Assembly: GCA_965649825.1 (NCBI GenBank)
Contig: OZ287696.1
Location: forward strand, 1,708,081 to 1,772,080
Direction: 5' to 3'
Length of the DNA stretch: 64,000 nt
Source of the DNA: Penicillus capitatus
Lineage: Eukaryota > Plantae > Chlorophyta
A model generated the notes under the pieces. That model saw only the letters and a list, made by a program, of their open reading frames with translations. It was not told the origin of the DNA and made no database searches. A program made the position numbers and the translations under genes. Shown piece by piece: positions 59,302 through 64,000 of this stretch (position 1 is its first letter; each line of letters opens with the position of its first letter).

Positions 59302-61644
59302 AAATTCGTTAAATCCAGGAGGGGCGTCGCCAACGGCATGTTGCCCTAGGTCTCCTGGGTGAGGCTGTACAATGACCATCGATTATCGTTTGTGTTTATG
59401 TGTTCAAACAAGGAGCTTGGTTTCATTGCCTTCCCGGGTTCGATTGATTTTAGTTTCACTCTCTTGTACTTGGAGGATGTTTTTCGCTCTTGGGATGGTG
59501 TCCTCGTTCGAGTGCTTGGTAAATGTGCTTGCAGTATTCGTCAAAACGGTAGTATAGGTTGGCCTCTTGGAGGATGTTTTTCGCTCTTGGGATGGTGTCC
59601 TCGTTCGAGTGCTTGGTAAATGTGCTTGCAGTATTCGTCAAAACGGTAGTATAGGTTGGCCTCTTGAAGGAATGTTCCTAACTCGTCGATTATGACTTGA
59701 TCTTGTAAGAAGATTTGTTGTCTTTGTTGTTGTAGTGTTTCACATCTGAACAGATGTTCTCGAGTTTCAGGCTTCTTGCCGCAGAGTCTGCAACATGTGT
59801 CTTCGATTTCTTGTCCTCTTCGTTGTAGGTATTCGCGGGTCGGTAGATGTCCCGAGAGTACTTGGTTTATTCGAGAGACTTCTGCCCTTGTCCAGGTCGG
59901 TGCTTGAAACCACGGTTTTCTGGCTTTATTCCTTTGCCATCCTGTTTCTTTCAGCTGAATTGACCTCTCTGAGTTCATCCATCTTCGGTCTACTCTTCTT
60001 GCGATGAATTCTTTCACTTCCTTCTTGTAGTTCTTTTCCCTTATCTTCGATCTGATGGCTTGTTTTATGTCTGGTTCTTGGTTTTTCCGGCTGGTTCTGT
60101 TCCTGTCCTCTCTGATCATTTGTGCGAGTTCTGCGTGTAGTAGGTTCAACGGGGTGCAGTGCGTGCTTGGGTCTGGGCGTTTGTGCGGTTTTTCTTCATT
60201 TTTGTCTGCTTGTGGGGCCGTTCTGAGTAGGGTTTCTGTGGCTAGTTCACTTAGTGGGACGATGTGGGCTAGTGCCGTTGCTGTTTCCATCGATGTTGTT
60301 CTATCGAGTCCGGCTATTGTCAGTCCCGCTAGTCTTGATACTCGGTCTAATTTTCGGGTGTTTTCTTGTGTCTTCATGCTGGTAATCCAGATCTCGGCTC
60401 CGTATTTTATGATAGGTTCTACACAGGACCGATATAGTGTTCTGATTATGGTTGGCGCCGTTCCCCAGTGTGTTCTTGTGAGTCTTCTGATGGTGTTCAG
60501 TCGTCGGCCTGCCTTGGTTATCAACTTGTTCAGGTGGCTGGTAAATGTCATTCGACTGTCAAAAACAATTCCGAGGTATTTCATTTCTTCTGCGGGATTG
60601 ATCGTTGTTTTCTTTATCTCGAGTGACGGGTTCGTTTTGTCTCTGTTTCTCTGGAATATGACGAGCTGGGTTTTGTCAATATTTAACTTCATGTGGTTAT
60701 TTTCACACCACTGCTCAAAACCGTTTAGTGCTCGCTGGATATCTGCTGTGTTGTTGTCTCGTTGTAGCGTTTGATAAAGTAATACGTCATCCGCGTACAT
60801 TTGTACATGGACGTTCTCCGGGATGTGTACTGGTATGTCTGCTGCGTAGAGTGCGTACAGTATGGGGCTCAAAGGTGATCCCTGGGGTAGTCCTCGGCTT
60901 GGTGTATATCGATGTCTCTGTTCTTGGATGATAATGTGATTGGTTCGGTTTTCTAGGAGGGATCTGATTGTATGTAGTGTGTCTCCAGGCATGTGCCATT
61001 TCGTCAGCTTAGTTTGTAAGATCTGCGGGCTGACTCTGTCGTATGCACTAGAGAGGTCCAGGCTGATCCCCATTGTTCTCTGTCGGGTATTTAGTGATGT
61101 CCAGATCGTGTGGGTGTAGTGCCAAAGTGGGTGTCTTGTGCTTCTCCCCTTGCGAAATCCGTGCTGGCTTTCTGGGAGTATGTGATTCGTCTCTGCCCAT
61201 AGGCTGACCTCGTTGGCGATCATTCCTTCGAGGATCTTGGACATCGTTGGCAGTAGTGTGATCGGGCGGTAATGTGCAGGTTCTTCTCCTGATTTTCCCG
61301 GTTTGAGTATATTGCAGATTATACCTTGCTTCCATTGACTGGGGTAGTGCCCTGTGCGGATGATGGCATTGTATAGTCTTGCCAGCGGGTTCGCCAGAGT
61401 CCTTGCGTTCTCTCTTAGCGCGATGAACGGTATGTCGTCGTGTCCCGGTGCTGTCTGTCTGCGTTTTCTGAAGAGCTCATATGCTACTTGTGTGCTGGTT
61501 GTGAAGTCTTGTTTTTGGTCTCGTTCTTGGTCCTTCCCTTGTTGCTGAGTGTTGTCTGGGTTGTCCACGGGGCTTCGCCGGGGGTGTCTTGTGTGATTTT
61601 CTTCTGGGTTTTCGTTTATATCTTCTGGGAAATAGTGCTCCGCC
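59302..61644 (-). mobile_element. LINE-C: 5'-truncated non-LTR element inserted in the gypsy gag
   Basis: 15-bp TSD TCAGTGGACGCAGAG (59287-59301 and 61645-61659). About 700 codons are open, with RT motifs (YRPITLL, QHGFR, GLPQGSPLSP, YADD, KYLG) and a CRLC..EHLFRC finger. Removal restores gag KLQWTQR|MGKMSF. Confidence 0.96.
59470..59666. repeat. Exact 97-bp tandem duplication at the end of LINE-C ORF2
   Basis: Units start at 59470 and 59567; the duplication frameshifts the C-terminus (SEKHPPRGQPILPF* instead of SEKHPPSTRE*). Confidence 0.95.
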
Positions 61645-64000
61645 TCAGTGGACGCAGAGGATGGGCAAGATGTCCTTCGAAGAGATCAACGTGTTTAGCA
61701 AGCTCTTCCGTGACTTCTGTTCAGTGGCGAGGATGTCTCGGCAAGAGGAGAGACTGACTCTCATGCAGTCGCTCGAAGAGGCAGTCCTGAAGCACGCCAT
61801 TGCTTTGCCTGCGAACCTGACGGCGAAGGAGATCCTGGATCGACTCCTCGATCGCCTGAAGCCAACGCAAGCCGGAGCTTGGCAAAGGCTACTGAAGATG
61901 AGACAGAAGAATGGGGAAAACCTGAACGACTACATCGTGAGGTTCGTGGCAGCCGCGGATCTGCTCCAGACCGCGTGGTTGAACGAGGAGCAAAAGATCG
62001 AAATCTTCTTAGAGAGCCTTGCCCGACACTGGTGCATAACAGCGAAGGGCTTGAAGCGGACCATGACTGGGGCACCCTTTGAAGACTTTGTCCGAGAGCT
62101 AGCGTCACTAGAGAGCGGTGATGCAATGGACATCGATCTGGCTAAGGCATACGAGGAGCCAGAACAAAGCGCTCATGTCGTGAGACGTGGAGGAAGGGGG
62201 CAACCCCCAAGCGGACAGGTCGTGGTCGACGGGAGGATATACTTCGAGAACATAACGAACATCAGACGCCTTATGGTGGCCGCCCGAGAGGCAATGAAGA
62301 GCAGTCCGAGGGAAGCAGCCGGTATGCGACGCTTCCTTAAGAATTTGGATCGAGGAACGGACACTCGGCGATCGCACCGACCCAAGGCGCACAGGGCGAC
62401 CCTGGAGGAGGAGTTCACTGAGATAGACCTTCCTGAGATGATAGAACGGATCGATGACGAGGACGGATCGTCTTCGGGAGGCGGCGAGGAATACGGCGCA
62501 TGTCATGCCGCCCGAGTCTACCATTCACAAGGAGGAAGTGCGGGAAACTCGAACGCTCGACCAGCTGGACGCGTTATGAAACTCCCAATGGTGCTTTTTC
62601 CAAGCGAGGGCATAGTCACCCTGGCCGCAACAGGGCTCGTGGATACGGGAGCCAAAAAGTCGATCGTTAGCGAGGATGTGGTTCGAAAACTGGACTTGGT
62701 CACCGAACCTTGTAACAGTCGACTTTGCATCGCTGAAGGATCGCATGTAGAAATCCGCAGCAAAGCGACAATCAAGGCGAAGCTGAAGGGAGACCAATGG
62801 GACAAGACGTTCAACGTGGAGTGTCTTGTGATGCCACGTCCGGGCTACGACATCCTGCTAGGCATGGATTTCCTCCAGGCCAACGATGCGACAGTGCATC
62901 CCAGGAAGAGAGCGGTGATGATGAATGGCAGAACATTCCAATGCCAGAAGGTCACTCAGGAAGTGACCGTAGCACAAGGAGGCACCGTAACGATTGGACG
63001 GCCGACCGAAGATATCGATATCCTGCCAGTACGATCCGGAGATCGAATCCTCTTCTCGGCCAACAGGTCCACGTACCTGGGTCCGCGAGAGCGCCGTCTC
63101 ATCAAGGTCCCGGTGAATCTATACGCGCCGCATAAGTGGCGCCGGAACGGGGTGGTTAATCCTCACTTTTCCACCCAATTGGGCGGGACTTACAAGGATT
63201 TCTGCTCGATCTTGGTGACGAATCACAAGACAGAGCCGCTAAAGATCACACCGCGGACGGTGTTGTTTGATGTCGGGATCGAGACTGAGAACGAGAAATG
63301 TCAAGTCGAGCTGAGCAGTGGCAACTTCCGGATGCTCAACCATCAAGGGAAGTCGAGACGTTTGCAACAAGGGGCGTGATAACGCAGTCGTATGACGCCC
63401 CCGTGATTAACAAATTAACGACTGCTGCGATACTACAATCAGAGTGTCAGAGGTGTTTCGGAGATGTCCTTTCTGCCGATATCGGACTCTTTAAGAAATG
63501 GACTCTGTCCTCTGCTGATGTGTGTGGAGCAGCAAGGTATGTACCGACGAAGGCCGCTCACATCCGGAAAGCCGAGGCGGACAGCGTGTGCGAGGAATTG
63601 GAAGAGCTCGCCAGACAACGGATTGTCCTCCCTTTCAGAGGCAAGGTTCATCAATTAATCCCTTGGTTTTCCGTTAGCAAGAAGGGGCAGCTATCCCGTA
63701 GGGTGGTCATGGACTTCAGGGCCGTTAATTGCCTGTCTATGGCCACCCCCACAATACCCCTCGACCGCGACGGAGCAATCGAGATCGTTGCTGGGAGGAA
63801 ATACTACACCAAGTTAGATCTGACGTCTGGCTATTTTCAAATCGGACTCCACGAGGACACCCGCGCTTACTTCGTATTCGCTTGGAAGGGCGAGCTCTGG
63901 GCATTTGCTCGGCTACCGATGGGTTGGAAGAACAGCAGTTCGTGGTTTATGATGGCTGTCAACGAGACCGTCGCCGACATACGAGCCGAATTTCGCAGAC

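Larger units (their letters stand above)
58711..64000 (+). mobile_element. Ty3/gypsy LTR retrotransposon, 5' part (LTR, PBS, gag, protease, dUTPase-like, RT); runs off the window
   Basis: PBS TGGTTTCGGAGC at 58781-58792; gag LLKMRQKNGENLNDYIVRF; protease LVDTGA..ILLGMDFL; RT frame open from 63289 to the end with VMDFRAVN, KLDLTSGYFQI and RLPMGWKNS. Protease-then-RT order is gypsy-type. Confidence 0.93.

Noticed and set aside
61589-61644. N-terminus MCDFLLGFRLY.. of the 596-aa gag ORF
   Set aside because: Read in from antisense LINE-C sequence; the real gag continues from 59045-59301 across the TSD.

Overview
Eukaryotic nuclear DNA from a compact genome with many short introns (about 45-65 nt). 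It is most consistent with a flagellated green alga (inferred from plant/algal-type proteins, CFAP57 and TGTAA motifs after stop codons) and uses the standard genetic code. About 1-46 kb is a dense run of housekeeping genes: CUL4 3' end, an OTU deubiquitinase, VTC4, RAB2, mL59, DHODH, CFAP57, an MFS transporter, an MBOAT acyltransferase, XPB, CCDC25, a methyltransferase, KRI1, PDS5, PLP3/TXNDC9, a 2H-phosphoesterase/GGCT fusion, RPS20 and a Nudix hydrolase, plus several orphan small genes. Some gene junctions are extremely tight (5, 6 and 18 nt). About 45.9-49.8 kb is a decayed direct copy of the MFS/LINE-relic/MBOAT block at 16.6-19.6 kb and carries four TG..CA solo-LTR-like inserts that the first copy lacks. 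From 49.8 kb to the end is a nested retroelement pile resolved by target-site duplications (TSDs): LINE-A hosts LINE-B, which hosts a 1.7-kb miniature LTR element; LINE-A is also cut by a Ty3/gypsy element, which hosts LINE-C. The best candidate for an undescribed system is the miniature LTR element. It has 233-bp LTRs and one intact ORF (coiled coil plus CCHC knuckle), no capsid or pol, and shares a non-canonical 12-nt PBS with the neighbouring gypsy element, which itself has an apparently 67-bp LTR and a dUTPase-like insert. All protein assignments come from motif recognition by eye; no database search was run.
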